NCBI GenBank assembly: GCA_965262975.1
Contig: OZ253575.1
Span: 2,530,951 to 2,594,950 of the forward strand
From: Tepidiformaceae bacterium
GTDB lineage: Bacteria; Chloroflexota; Dehalococcoidia; Tepidiformales; Tepidiformaceae
Length of the DNA stretch: 64,000 nucleotides
Reading direction: 5' to 3'
Shown here: positions 41,789 through 50,306 of the stretch, in pieces
How the letters are laid out: each line of letters opens with the position of its first letter
Numbering within the stretch: position 1 is the first letter of the stretch
Notes under the pieces: generated by a model
Seen by the model: the letters and a program-made list of their open reading frames with translations, nothing else
What the model was told of the DNA's origin: nothing
Database searches by the model: none
Translations under genes and position numbers: made by a program

Positions 41789-42866
41789 GGCAGCGCTCGG
41801 CAAGCTCAACGCCTCCGTCGATGAAGTCGAGATCACCGTGCTCGACGAGGGTCAGCGCGGGGGCCGCCTGTTTGGGCGCGGCGCGCGCGACGCCATCGTG
41901 CGGGTGGAACGCCGTGAGGGCGGTCCCGTGGAGCGCGCTCCCGAACCGCCCGACACCAGCATCCCGCGTGGCCGTGGCGGCAGCGGAGGCGCCGGTCGTC
42001 GTGGTGGCAGCGGTGGCCCCGATCGCGGACGCCGTGGTGGCTCTGGCGGCCCTGGCGGTCGCCCCCGTGGCGGCGAGCGTGGCGGATCGGGTGGCCGAGG
42101 CCCTCGCGGCGAGCGCGCGGCCGAACTGACTGAACAGGATTTCTTTGGCGAGGGCGCCGCTCCCCCTGCCCGCGGCCCGTCCCGCGGCGGTTCCGGCGGC
42201 GCACCCCGCGGCGGCTCCGGCGGCGCCCCTCGCGGCGGTTCCGGCGGCGCTCCTCGCGGCGGCTCCGGCGGCGCCCCTCGCGGTGGTTCCGGTGGCGCTC
42301 CTCGCGGCGGTTCCGGCGGTCCCCCGCGTCGCGACCGCGACCGCCCTCGGCGGCGGCGCGACGAGGAGCACATCGAGCCGGATATCAACGCCGAGGAGGT
42401 CGATCTGGCCGCTGAGGTGGTCGATTCCATCCTCCAGATCCTTGAGATCGACGCCGACATCAACATCCGCGAGCCCGTCACCGCGGGCGATGGCCTCGGC
42501 AGCGCCCGCGCCGTCATCGACATCTCCGGGAACGACCTCGGGATGCTCATCGGCCGGCGGGGCGAGAGCCTGATGGCCTTTCAGTACGTCGTGAACCTCG
42601 TGATGACGCGGCGCTTCCCCGGGCGCGGCTCCGTAACGATTGATATTGAGGAGTACCGGCGGCGCCGCGAGGACCAGGTGGTCTCTCTGGCCGAGCGCAT
42701 GGCGGAACGCGTGCGCGAAACGGGCGATCCGATCACGCTCGAACCGATGTCCGCGGCCGAGCGCCGCCTGGTCCACCTCGCCTTCGTCGACGACCGCGAG
42801 GTCGAGACGAACAGCATCGGCGAGGGGGACAGCCGCAAGGTCGTCATTAGCTCCCTGGAGGATTGA
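41742..42866 (+). CDS. jag: Jag/KhpB RNA-binding protein (Jag_N + KH + R3H) with expanded RGG/GGSGGAPR linker
   Basis: N-terminus GKTVDDALKAALGKLNASVDEVEITVLDEG (Jag_N). C-terminus GMLIGRRGESLMAFQYVVNLV (KH) and PMSAAERRLVHLAF (R3H). A ~130-aa Gly/Arg-rich insert lies between them. Confidence 0.9.
   Translation: MEHAEASGKTVDDALKAALGKLNASVDEVEITVLDEGQRGGRLFGRGARDAIVRVERREGGPVERAPEPPDTSIPRGRGGSGGAGRRGGSGGPDRGRRGGSGGPGGRPRGGERGGSGGRGPRGERAAELTEQDFFGEGAAPPARGPSRGGSGGAPRGGSGGAPRGGSGGAPRGGSGGAPRGGSGGAPRGGSGGPPRRDRDRPRRRRDEEHIEPDINAEEVDLAAEVVDSILQILEIDADINIREPVTAGDGLGSARAVIDISGNDLGMLIGRRGESLMAFQYVVNLVMTRRFPGRGSVTIDIEEYRRRREDQVVSLAERMAERVRETGDPITLEPMSAAERRLVHLAFVDDREVETNSIGEGDSRKVVISSLED
42186..42329 (+). 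repeat. Six tandem 24-bp units inside jag encoding GGSGGAPR
   Basis: ggcggYtccggcggcgcNccYcgc repeated six times head to tail, in frame. The last unit encodes GGSGGPPR. Confidence 0.85.
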
Positions 42867-42870
42867 TGGC

Positions 42871-43722
42871 ATGTCCGAGCCGTCTGCGTTGCGAATCGTG
42901 ATCGTGGGAAACGTGAGCGAGGATCTGACGCCCGAGGGCGCCTGGACGGCGGGCGGACCCGCCCTCTACAGCGCCCGCGTTGCGGCCGCGCTGGGCGCCG
43001 ACGTGACGCTCGTGAGCCGCGTTCCGGCGGACTACGACCGGAGCTGGTTCGAGGGGCTCACGGTGAAGGCGTTGCCGGCGGAACGCTGTTCCCGCTTCGA
43101 GAACACCTATCCCGAGGGCGGGCTCCGCCGCCAGACGCTGCGCCAGGCGGGCGAACCGATTGCCAGCGTTGACGTGCCCGCGCGACTGACGGCCGATGCG
43201 GTTATCGCCGCCCCCGCGCTCGACGAGCTTGCGGAGTTCCCGCCGGTGGAGGCGCCCGTGCGGGTGGTCTCGCTCCAGGGGGCGCTGCGCTGGGCCCTGC
43301 CAAACCGCCCCGTTCGGCGGGCGCCGTACGCCCCCTCGCGGGTGCGACCGTTGCAGCCGCCGGGTGTCATCGCCGTCTTCAGCGACGAAGACGCGGACGA
43401 CCCGCCCGGCCTGGCGATGTCGCTTTCCCTGCGCGCTGCGGCCGTCGTGACGCGAGGCAGCCGCGGCGCCTGGCTCTACCGCAAAGGCACGAGAAGCGAC
43501 CTGCCAGCGTTCGCCACCAACGTGACGGACACCACCGGCGCGGGCGACGCCTTCGTGGCCGCCCTCGCGATCCGGCTGGTGGAGACGGGTGACCTGTTCA
43601 TATCGTGTACATTCGCAAATGCAATGGGCTCCCTGATGGTCGAGCGGCAAGGTCTTCTGGAGATGCCCTCGCGCGAGGATGTCGATGCCCGCGTGCGCCG
43701 GGGAGCAGCCGATGGTGCGTGA
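42871..43722 (+). CDS. PfkB-family carbohydrate/nucleoside kinase
   Basis: In-frame ATG 42871 within ORF 42640..43722, after GGAGGA. MSEPSALRIVIVGNVSEDL...; C-terminal DTTGAGDAFVAAL motif (the PfkB ATP/anion-hole signature). Confidence 0.8.
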   Translation: MSEPSALRIVIVGNVSEDLTPEGAWTAGGPALYSARVAAALGADVTLVSRVPADYDRSWFEGLTVKALPAERCSRFENTYPEGGLRRQTLRQAGEPIASVDVPARLTADAVIAAPALDELAEFPPVEAPVRVVSLQGALRWALPNRPVRRAPYAPSRVRPLQPPGVIAVFSDEDADDPPGLAMSLSLRAAAVVTRGSRGAWLYRKGTRSDLPAFATNVTDTTGAGDAFVAALAIRLVETGDLFISCTFANAMGSLMVERQGLLEMPSREDVDARVRRGAADGA

Positions 43723-44485
43723 GACGATCGCCTTTGTGAACCAGAAGGGCGGAGTGGGCAAGACCACGACCGCCGTGTCGCTAGCCGCGGCGCTGGGACG
43801 CAGAGGCGACCGTGTCCTCCTCATCGACCTCGATGCGCAGGCGAACGCCACGAGCTCCTCCGGCGCCGCTGGTTTCGATGGGCCGTCGGTCTACGAGCTG
43901 TTGATGCTCGAGGCCGAGGCCCGGGACTGTGTGGTGCGAGTCGAAGAGGAGAAGTTCGACCTGATTCCGGCGACGCGTGAGCTCTCGGGGGCGGAGGTCG
44001 AGCTGGCCCCGGCCCTGGCGCGTGAACAGCGCCTGAAGACGGTCCTGGAGCCGCTTTTGGGGGATTACGACTGGGTGTTTATCGACTCCCCGCCCTCGCT
44101 CGGCATCCTCACCGTGAACGCCCTCACGGCGGCTACGAGCGTCGTCATCCCGGTCCAGTGCGAGTACCTGCCCATGGAGGGCGTGGCGCGGCTGATGGAG
44201 ACACTGGCGCTCGTGCGGAGCAGCCTCAACCCGCAGCTGCGAACCCTCGGCCTGGTGCTGACGATGCTGGACCGGCGCACGCGCCTGGCGCGCGAAGTCG
44301 CCGCCGACGTGATGACGCACTTCCCCCGGCAGACCTTCACGACCGTGATTCCGCGCGCCGTCAGCATCGCTGAGGCGCCGAGCTACGGACAGTCCATCTT
44401 CCGGTATAGCCCGGGAAGCCGAGCCGCGACCGCCTACCGCAGGCTGGCGGTCGAGCTCACAGAACGCGTGGGGGTGAGCGCATGA
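43712..44485 (+). CDS. parA: Chromosome partitioning ATPase ParA/Soj
   Basis: MVRETIAFVNQKGGVGKTTTAVSLAAAL (deviant Walker A KGGVGKT), LLIDLDAQANAT, and FIDSPPSLGILTVNAL. ATG 43712 is preferred (GGGAG SD) over the track start 43679. Confidence 0.93.
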   Translation: MVRETIAFVNQKGGVGKTTTAVSLAAALGRRGDRVLLIDLDAQANATSSSGAAGFDGPSVYELLMLEAEARDCVVRVEEEKFDLIPATRELSGAEVELAPALAREQRLKTVLEPLLGDYDWVFIDSPPSLGILTVNALTAATSVVIPVQCEYLPMEGVARLMETLALVRSSLNPQLRTLGLVLTMLDRRTRLAREVAADVMTHFPRQTFTTVIPRAVSIAEAPSYGQSIFRYSPGSRAATAYRRLAVELTERVGVSA

Positions 44486-45357
44486 CACAGCCACGACGAG
44501 GACTAGGCCGGGGGCTCGATGCCCTGCTGCCGGGCGGGGGCGAGGCGCCGCCGCCCAGCACAACGGGAGCGCAGGAGATCGATATCGATCTGATCGCCCC
44601 CAACCCGGAGCAGCCGCGCACCAACTTCCCGCCCGAGCAGCTGCGTGAGCTGGCGGATTCGATCCGCGAGCACGGTGTCATCCAGCCGCTCGTGGTGAGC
44701 ATGGCGAAGGAAGGCGGCTACCGCCTGATCGCGGGCGAACGGCGTCTGCAGGCGGCGCGCCTCGCCGACCTGCCCACCGTGCCCGTGGTCGTGCGTGAGG
44801 TGGATGGCTCGGAGCTGCTGGAACTGGCGCTCGTGGAGAACATCCAGCGCGCCGACCTCAATCCGATCGAAGAGGCGCTCGCCTACCGCCGCCTGCTGAA
44901 CGAGTACGCGCTCACGCAGGAGGAGGTGGCCAAGCGCGTGGGCCGCAGCCGCGCGGCTGTCGCCAACGCCATCCGTCTCCTTCAGCTGGAGCCGGAGATC
45001 CGCCGCAGCCTGGTGGCGGGCGAGATTCGCGAGGGACACGCCCGCGTCCTCCTCGGCATGCCCGAGGGCCCGGCCCGCATGGAGGTCTGGCGCGAAACCG
45101 TACGCCGGGGCCTGAGCGTGCGCGAGACGGAGGCGGCCGTGCGCCGCGCCCTCTCGCCACGGCCCGCGCGACCCCACACCCCCACGTCCTCCTCGGGGCG
45201 CGATACCCCCATGCGCGACCTGGAGACGAACCTGCGCCGGGCGCTGGGCACGCGTGTGACCGTCACCTCCCAGCGGGGCGGGGGCGCCCGCATCGTGGTC
45301 GAGACCTACAGCGAAGAGGAGCTCGACGCGGTCACGAGCAAGCTGCTCTCGCTCTGA
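44482..45357 (+). CDS. parB: Chromosome partitioning protein ParB/Spo0J
   Basis: GLGRGLDALL, IAPNPEQPRTNF, the ParB box GVIQPLVV...YRLIAGERRLQAARLA, and the HTH LTQEEVAKRVGRSRAAVANAIRLL. ATGA overlap with parA. Confidence 0.95.
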   Translation: MTQPRRGLGRGLDALLPGGGEAPPPSTTGAQEIDIDLIAPNPEQPRTNFPPEQLRELADSIREHGVIQPLVVSMAKEGGYRLIAGERRLQAARLADLPTVPVVVREVDGSELLELALVENIQRADLNPIEEALAYRRLLNEYALTQEEVAKRVGRSRAAVANAIRLLQLEPEIRRSLVAGEIREGHARVLLGMPEGPARMEVWRETVRRGLSVRETEAAVRRALSPRPARPHTPTSSSGRDTPMRDLETNLRRALGTRVTVTSQRGGGARIVVETYSEEELDAVTSKLLSL

Positions 45358-45370
45358 GGAAGGTCGAGAA

Positions 45371-45841
45371 ATGAGCGCCGAAGAGCGTCTGCGGGAGCTG
45401 GGCATCGAGTTGCCGGAACCGGCGGCGCCGGCCGGGTCGTATGTGCCCGCCCGGCGTCACGGCGATCTGCTCGCTGTTTCCGGACAGATTCCGGCAACGC
45501 CCGGCGAGCCGCTCCCGACCGGCCACTGCGGGGTGGACGTGACCGTGGAGGAGGGCGCCGCCCTCGCGCGTCAGTGCGCCCTCAACGGGCTCGCCGCCGC
45601 GCGCGCCGCGCTCGGCTCGCTCGACCGCGTCGCGGGGGTTGTGCGCGTCGGCGGCTACGTGGCCTCCCCCCCCGACTTCACCCAGCACCCGGCCGTCGTC
45701 AACGGCGCCTCGAACCTGCTCGTCGACGTTTTCGGCGAGGCGGGCCGCCACGCGCGCGTAGCGGTCGGCATGGCCTCGCTCCCGCTCGGCGTCCCCGTCG
45801 AGGTCGAGTTCCTGTTCGCAGTCACGCCGGACGAGGCGTAG
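45371..45841 (+). CDS. RidA/YjgF-family protein
   Basis: 156 aa: YVPARRHGDLLAVSGQIP...GVVRVGGYV...FTQHPAVVNGASNLLVDVFGEAGRHARVAVGMASLPLGVPVEVEF. Confidence 0.8.
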   Translation: MSAEERLRELGIELPEPAAPAGSYVPARRHGDLLAVSGQIPATPGEPLPTGHCGVDVTVEEGAALARQCALNGLAAARAALGSLDRVAGVVRVGGYVASPPDFTQHPAVVNGASNLLVDVFGEAGRHARVAVGMASLPLGVPVEVEFLFAVTPDEA

Positions 45842-45919
45842 TCCGGGCCCAACGTCCCCAGCGCAAGCCTTTGCCTGGGCCCCTGGCATTACGCGATACG
45901 TAAGGCGTAAGATATCCAC

Positions 45920-46231
45920 ATGAGGAAGAACTCCGTGAGTCCACGCAACGGCATGACGCCGGTTCACCCGGGCGAGATTCTGGCAGACGAACTCAGGGAG
46001 CTTGGCCTGACGGCCAACGCCCTCGCCGGTCATCTTGCCGTTCCCACGAATCGCGTCACCGCGATCCTGAACGGACAGCGCGGCGTCACCGCCGACACTG
46101 CCCTCCGCCTGGCCCGCTACTTCGGCACGACGCCCGAGTTCTGGCTGAACCTCCAGAAGACCTTCGAGCTCCGCACCGCCGAGATTGAGTCGGGCGACGA
46201 GATCAACGCCCACGTGCAGCCGAGAACCTGA
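45920..46231 (+). CDS. higA: HigA-family antitoxin (XRE HTH), orphan; apparently leaderless
   Basis: VHPGEILADELRELGLTANALAGHLAVPTNRVTAILNGQRGVTADTALRLARYFGTTPEFWLNLQKTFEL. A TAAGAT hexamer (45908-45913) lies 6 nt before the ATG. Only 78 nt of non-coding DNA upstream, so no room for higB. Confidence 0.85.
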   Translation: MRKNSVSPRNGMTPVHPGEILADELRELGLTANALAGHLAVPTNRVTAILNGQRGVTADTALRLARYFGTTPEFWLNLQKTFELRTAEIESGDEINAHVQPRT

Positions 46232-46345
46232 CTCGCGCCGCCTGTGTAAGGGTGCTTGCAGGTGGCGTCGTGCAGTTGTGACATTTTTCACGAAGTCAGG
46301 GTAAGGTGGATTGAAGAGGGTGAGAGACCCCTGGGAGGTTCTCCG

Positions 46346-47239
46346 ATGAAGGTCGCTATCACTGGAAGCACGGGACTGGTCGGGGGGGCGCTGGCGCGCC
46401 GCCTCGAGGGGCGTGGGGACGAGGTCATGCGTATCGCGCGGGGGGCCGCCGGCGCGGAGGGCGTGGACTGGGCGCCGGCCGAGGGGTGGGTGCGCGAAGG
46501 CGCCTTCGACGGCTGTGACGCCGTCGTCCATCTGAGCGGCGCCTCCGTCGGCGAGGGTCGCTGGACGCCGGCGCGCAAGGCCGAGCTGCGCTCCAGCCGC
46601 ATCGACACCACGCGCGTGCTCGTCGACCACCTGGCCGCGCTCGACCCAAAGCCTCGCCGCCTGGTCGTTGCCTCCGCGGTTGGCTTCTATGGCGACCGCG
46701 GTGGCGAGACGCTCACGGAGGAGTCGCCGCGGGGCCAGGGCTTTCTCGCTGACATGACCGTGGACTGGGAGGCGGCGGCGGAGAAGGGGAATGCGGCCGG
46801 CATCCCGACGGCCATGGCCCGCTACGGGGTCGTGTTCGCGAACGATGCCTCCGCTTTCAAGCGGCTCACGCTGCCTTTCCGCTTCGGTGTGGGCGGCAGG
46901 CTCGGGAGCGGGAGCCAGTGGATGCCCTGGGTCACGCTCGATGACGCCGTGGCGGCCACCACGCACCTGCTCGACAACGATGAGACGGGCCCCGTGAACG
47001 TGGTCGCGCCGGTGGCCATTACGAACGCCGACCTGACGCGGGTGCTGGGACGGGTCATGCGCCGCCCCGCGTTCATGATGGCGCCCCAGTTCGCCATGCG
47101 ACTGGTGATGGGTGAGGTCGCGGATGCGCTCCTCTTCGCGAGCAATCGCGTCGTCCCCGAGCGACTGGCGGCCGGGGGGTTCGAATTCTCCCAGCCCGAG
47201 GTCGAGGGGGCGCTGCGCATGCTCCTGCGGGACGGCTAG
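46346..47239 (+). CDS. TIGR01777/YfcH-type epimerase-family protein (NAD(P)-binding Rossmann + DUF1731)
   Basis: ATG 46346 after GGGAGG: MKVAITGSTGLVGGAL... C-terminal NVVAPVAITNADLTRVLGRVMRRPAFMMAPQFAMRLVMGE...RVVPERLAAGGFEF. A possible GTGACA-N18-TAAGGT promoter lies at 46278-46307. Confidence 0.85.
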   Translation: MKVAITGSTGLVGGALARRLEGRGDEVMRIARGAAGAEGVDWAPAEGWVREGAFDGCDAVVHLSGASVGEGRWTPARKAELRSSRIDTTRVLVDHLAALDPKPRRLVVASAVGFYGDRGGETLTEESPRGQGFLADMTVDWEAAAEKGNAAGIPTAMARYGVVFANDASAFKRLTLPFRFGVGGRLGSGSQWMPWVTLDDAVAATTHLLDNDETGPVNVVAPVAITNADLTRVLGRVMRRPAFMMAPQFAMRLVMGEVADALLFASNRVVPERLAAGGFEFSQPEVEGALRMLLRDG

Positions 47240-47244
47240 CCGCG

Positions 47245-47706
47245 ATGGCGATCTACCGTATGGCCGCGAGGCAGGTCGTCCCCGTGTCTCTCGACGAGGC
47301 GTGGGCGTTCTTCTCGAACCCGCGCAACCTGCCCGTCATCACCCCGCCCTGGCTCTCCCTGGAGCTCACCTCCGACCCGCCCGAGGAGACGTACCCCGGG
47401 CTCCTCATCACCTACACCGTCCGGCCCTTCCTGGGTGTGCCCCTGCCCTGGGCGACGGAGATTACGCACGTCGAGGAGCGCGTTCGCTTCGTCGATGACC
47501 AGCGCATTGGTCCCTACAGCCTCTGGCACCACCAGCACGACTTCCGCGAGGTGGAGGGCGGCGCTGAGGTGCGCGACACGGTCCACTACGCCGTCCCCTT
47601 CGGCCCCCTCGGCGACGTGGTCGCGCAGCTCGCCGTCCGCCCCCGCGTACGCGCCATCTTCGAGTTCCGCCGCCAGGTCCTGCGGGAGCGGTTTGGCGTG
47701 GCGTAG
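47245..47706 (+). CDS. SRPBCC-superfamily protein (cyclase/dehydrase-like)
   Basis: 153 aa: ...VPVSLDEAWAFFSNPRNLPVITPPWL...FVDDQRIGPYSLWHHQHDFREVEGG...VHYAVPFGPLG. A common neighbour of yfcH-type genes. Confidence 0.8.
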   Translation: MAIYRMAARQVVPVSLDEAWAFFSNPRNLPVITPPWLSLELTSDPPEETYPGLLITYTVRPFLGVPLPWATEITHVEERVRFVDDQRIGPYSLWHHQHDFREVEGGAEVRDTVHYAVPFGPLGDVVAQLAVRPRVRAIFEFRRQVLRERFGVA

Positions 47707-47791
47707 GCGGCCGAGGCCGATCAGGGTTGGGCGGAACCCGCGAGGGGCGCTATCTTGTCAGTACGGCTTCAGGCCGGAGGAGGTCGTTGCC

Positions 47792-48079
47792 ATGCCTGTG
47801 CGTCCCGCCACCGAGACGGCCCGCCTCGGTGATGAGATCTATGAACGGGACATCCGGTCACAGGTCGAAGCTGCCCACCGTGGTGAGGTCGTCGCGATAG
47901 ACACCGAAAGCGGCAGCTGGGCGATTGGCGACAGCGCTCGCGCGGCCTCGGAGCGACTCCTCGCAGAGCATCCGGACGCCGACGTCTGGTGCGTGCGAGT
48001 TGGCTACCGTGCGCTCTACAGCCTCGGGGGCGGTTCTCTGCACGCCCCTCGCGGGCATGTCCTTACTCGACGGCCATGA
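47792..48079 (+). CDS. Small hypothetical protein of the type usually paired with retropepsin-like aspartic proteases
   Basis: ATG 47792 after GGAGGAGG: MPVRPATETARLGDEIYERDIRSQVEAAHRGEVVAIDTESGSWAIGDSARAASERLLAEHPDADVWCVRVGYRALYSLGG... The family assignment is from memory of the pattern only. Confidence 0.5.
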   Translation: MPVRPATETARLGDEIYERDIRSQVEAAHRGEVVAIDTESGSWAIGDSARAASERLLAEHPDADVWCVRVGYRALYSLGGGSLHAPRGHVLTRRP

Positions 48080-48131
48080 CCTGCACATGGAAGTCGAGGA
48101 GGGTGGTCGCGTGGTCATTGAGGCCCGCTGA
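48054..48131 (+). pseudogene. Possible C-terminal remnant of a retropepsin-like (clan AA) aspartic protease
   Basis: The frame of ORF 47925..48131 ends in GMSLLDGHDLHMEVEEGGRVVIEAR*. This resembles the ...LLGmD.L....l.iDf..g.v.ie C-terminus of small bacterial aspartic proteases. Upstream residues in that frame are junk and there is no catalytic D(T/S)G. Confidence 0.25.
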
Positions 48132-48162
48132 GGGGTATGGCGATCGGCTGACGCGATCGGAC

Positions 48163-48236
48163 GGGGGCCGCCCCCGCGTGCGCGCCACCTTCGAGTTCCG
48201 GAAGCAGGTCCTGCGGGAGCGGTTTGGCCACCGCTA
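48163..48236 (+). pseudogene. Duplicated 3' fragment of the SRPBCC gene (relic)
   Basis: ccgcccccgcgtGcgcgccaCcttcgagttccgGAAGcaggtcctgcgggagcggtttggc...tag is near-identical to 47637..47706. It encodes ...RPRVRATFEFRKQVLRERFGHR*, versus ...RPRVRAIFEFRRQVLRERFGVA* in the intact gene. Confidence 0.7.
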
Positions 48237-48430
48237 GCTGGCGAAGGAGATCGCAGTATGGGCACCTCGCTATGGTATGCTTTTTGCCAACCAAGGACGA
48301 GGTGGTCGTGCTGGCGCAGCAACACTAATATTGAAACATCACGATGGGTCTTTCGAACTAAGACTCTGACCATCACCGAATTAATATTGATCATCTAGAA
48401 ACTGCGTCACGACACCCTAGAAGGATAGTC

Positions 48431-48646
48431 GTGGTGGCCAAAACACACACTAGGTATGTTGAACTTGAAAGGCGACTTCAAGTACGGAAAGACGGCGAGC
48501 TGAGCTTTAGCGAGAATATTCGCATTGAAGAGCTCGTCGAAGAGGAGAAGGCTGAAATCTCCGCGTCCGGTTCTCTCCTGCTACGGGTAGCAGCCCTTGT
48601 ACGCGCTGCGGTGGCGGCCCTGTTCTGCAAGGTAGTGGAGGTGTAG
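48431..48646 (+). CDS. Hypothetical 71-aa protein with hydrophobic C-terminal helix, inside an AT-richer patch
   Basis: MVAKTHTRYVELERRLQVRKDGELSFSENIRIEELVEEEKAEISASGSLLLRVAALVRAAVAALFCKVVEV. GTG start and atypical composition for this window. Coding status uncertain. Confidence 0.35.
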   Translation: MVAKTHTRYVELERRLQVRKDGELSFSENIRIEELVEEEKAEISASGSLLLRVAALVRAAVAALFCKVVEV

Positions 48647-48666
48647 CGGTAGGGAGGGCGAACTCT

Positions 48667-50007
48667 CTAGCGCACGTCCCGCGCGACCAGGTCCTCGACC
48701 GTTTCGCGGCGCTGGAGGAGGCGCGCCTCGCCCTCGCGGACGGCGACGACGGGTGGGCGCAGGGCCATGTTGTAGTTGCTCGACATCGCGAGGTTGTAGC
48801 CGCCGCTCGCCGGCAGGGCGATGAGTTCGCCTGGCTCAAGGCGCGGCAGCTCGGCGTCGCGCACGAGGATGTCGCCGCTCTCGCAGTACTTGCCCGCGAC
48901 CGTGACCGTCTCGGTGGGCTCCTCGAGGGGGCGGTCGACGGGTACGGCTTCGTAGCCGGAGCCGTACATCGCCGGGCGGATGTTGTCGGCCATGCCGCCG
49001 TCGACGGAGACGTAGGTGCGCACGCCCGGAATCTCCTTGCGCGCGCCTACCGTGTAGACGGCCACCATGGCGCGCCCGATGAGCGAGCGGCCGGGCTCGA
49101 TGTGCAGGGAGGGCTGCTCCAGGCGGTGCTCGGCGAGGGCGCTCTCCATTGAGCGCGCGAGGCGTTCGGCGTACTCGGCGAGGGCAGGGGCGTGCTGCTC
49201 GCGCGTGTAGGCGAGGGCGAAGCCGCCGCCGGGGCTGTACTCATCGAAGCTGAAGCCGTGCGTATCGCCCATCTGCGCGGCGAATGAGCACATCACGTCG
49301 CTGGCCTGTTCGTACGGCTCGATCTCGAAGATGGGGGAGCCGAGGTGCACGTGCAGGCCGCGCAGTTCGATGTTGGGGGCGGCCTGCGCGGCGGCCACGG
49401 CCCGCTCGGCGTCGCCCGTGGCGATGGCGAAGCCGAACTTGGAGTCGAGCACGCCCGTGGTCGTCTTGGCGTGGGTGTGCGGGTCTACGTTCGGGGAGAT
49501 GCGCAGGAGGATCGGCTGGCGCGCCCCCCGCTCGCCCGCGATGCGGTCGAGTTCGGCCAGTTCGTGGAAGTTGTCGACCACGATGCGCCCGACGGGGTCG
49601 CCCGTGACGGCCGCCTCAAGCTCCTCGGCGCTCTTGTTGTTGCCGTGGAAGTAGAGGCGCGAAGAGGGGAAGCCCGCCGCCCGCGCGATGGCGAGTTCGC
49701 CGCCGCTGACCACGTCCATGCCCAGCCCCTCCTCGGCCACGATGCCGGCGAGGGGGAGGCTGAGGTACGCCTTGGCCGCGTAGAGCACGGAGACCTCGGG
49801 CCAGCGCGACTCGAACTCGCGGCGGAATTCGCGGGCGGTCTCGCGGAAGTCCTGCTCATCGAACACGTAGAGGGGCGAGCCGTACGTCTCGGCGAGGTCG
49901 CGCAGGTCGCAGCCGCCGATGCTCAGCCGTCCGGCGGGGGAGAGGGACGTGGTGTGGGGGAGAACGTGGCGGTAGGGAAGGGCATCGAGGGAGGCGGCGT
50001 TCGGCAT
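48667..50007 (-). CDS. lysA: Diaminopimelate decarboxylase
   Basis: 446 aa: YAAKAYLSLP, ...HVHLGSPI..., ...SPGGGFALAY..., ...AGKYCESGDILVRD... Typical fold-III PLP decarboxylase motifs of LysA. Confidence 0.95.
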   Translation of the reverse strand: MPNAASLDALPYRHVLPHTTSLSPAGRLSIGGCDLRDLAETYGSPLYVFDEQDFRETAREFRREFESRWPEVSVLYAAKAYLSLPLAGIVAEEGLGMDVVSGGELAIARAAGFPSSRLYFHGNNKSAEELEAAVTGDPVGRIVVDNFHELAELDRIAGERGARQPILLRISPNVDPHTHAKTTTGVLDSKFGFAIATGDAERAVAAAQAAPNIELRGLHVHLGSPIFEIEPYEQASDVMCSFAAQMGDTHGFSFDEYSPGGGFALAYTREQHAPALAEYAERLARSMESALAEHRLEQPSLHIEPGRSLIGRAMVAVYTVGARKEIPGVRTYVSVDGGMADNIRPAMYGSGYEAVPVDRPLEEPTETVTVAGKYCESGDILVRDAELPRLEPGELIALPASGGYNLAMSSNYNMALRPPVVAVREGEARLLQRRETVEDLVARDVR

Positions 50008-50087
50008 GATCGCGATTATGCGGGCCGCTGTGCGTAGCGCCCAACCGCCGCCCGGGCCGCGGGGGAGGGACGGCCTATACTGGCCTC

Positions 50088-50306
50088 ATGGAAGCAGAAG
50101 CGGGCCTGCGCGAGCGCTTCGCAAGCGAGCGGCGGCGCTCGGCCTTCTTTGCGGCGCTGGCGGGCGGGGGCGCGGGCATCATCGCCGCGGACATGTGGAT
50201 CGCGCCCCAGCTCGGCGTGGCCGGCGGGATCGTGGGCGGGCTGCTGGCCTACGGCATCGTGTTCGCTTACGAGACCCTGATGTGGCGGCGGAACCATGGC
50301 GCCTGA
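50088..50306 (+). CDS. Small two-TM membrane protein (hypothetical), apparently leaderless
   Basis: TATACT (50076-50081) lies 6 nt before ATG 50088. Sequence: [72 protein letters not shown]. It overlaps the moaC start by 11 nt. Confidence 0.45.
   Translation: MEAEAGLRERFASERRRSAFFAALAGGGAGIIAADMWIAPQLGVAGGIVGGLLAYGIVFAYETLMWRRNHGA

Noticed and set aside
42186-42329. Possible CRISPR or minisatellite in jag
   Set aside because: These are contiguous 24-bp units without spacers, in frame inside a gene with recognisable flanking Jag_N and KH/R3H domains.
45911-45919. DnaA-box-like ATATCCACA (8/9 to TTATCCACA), considered as a possible oriC
   Set aside because: It is a single copy that overlaps the higA -10/start region. 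I saw no cluster of boxes, AT-rich unwinding element or dnaA gene in the window.
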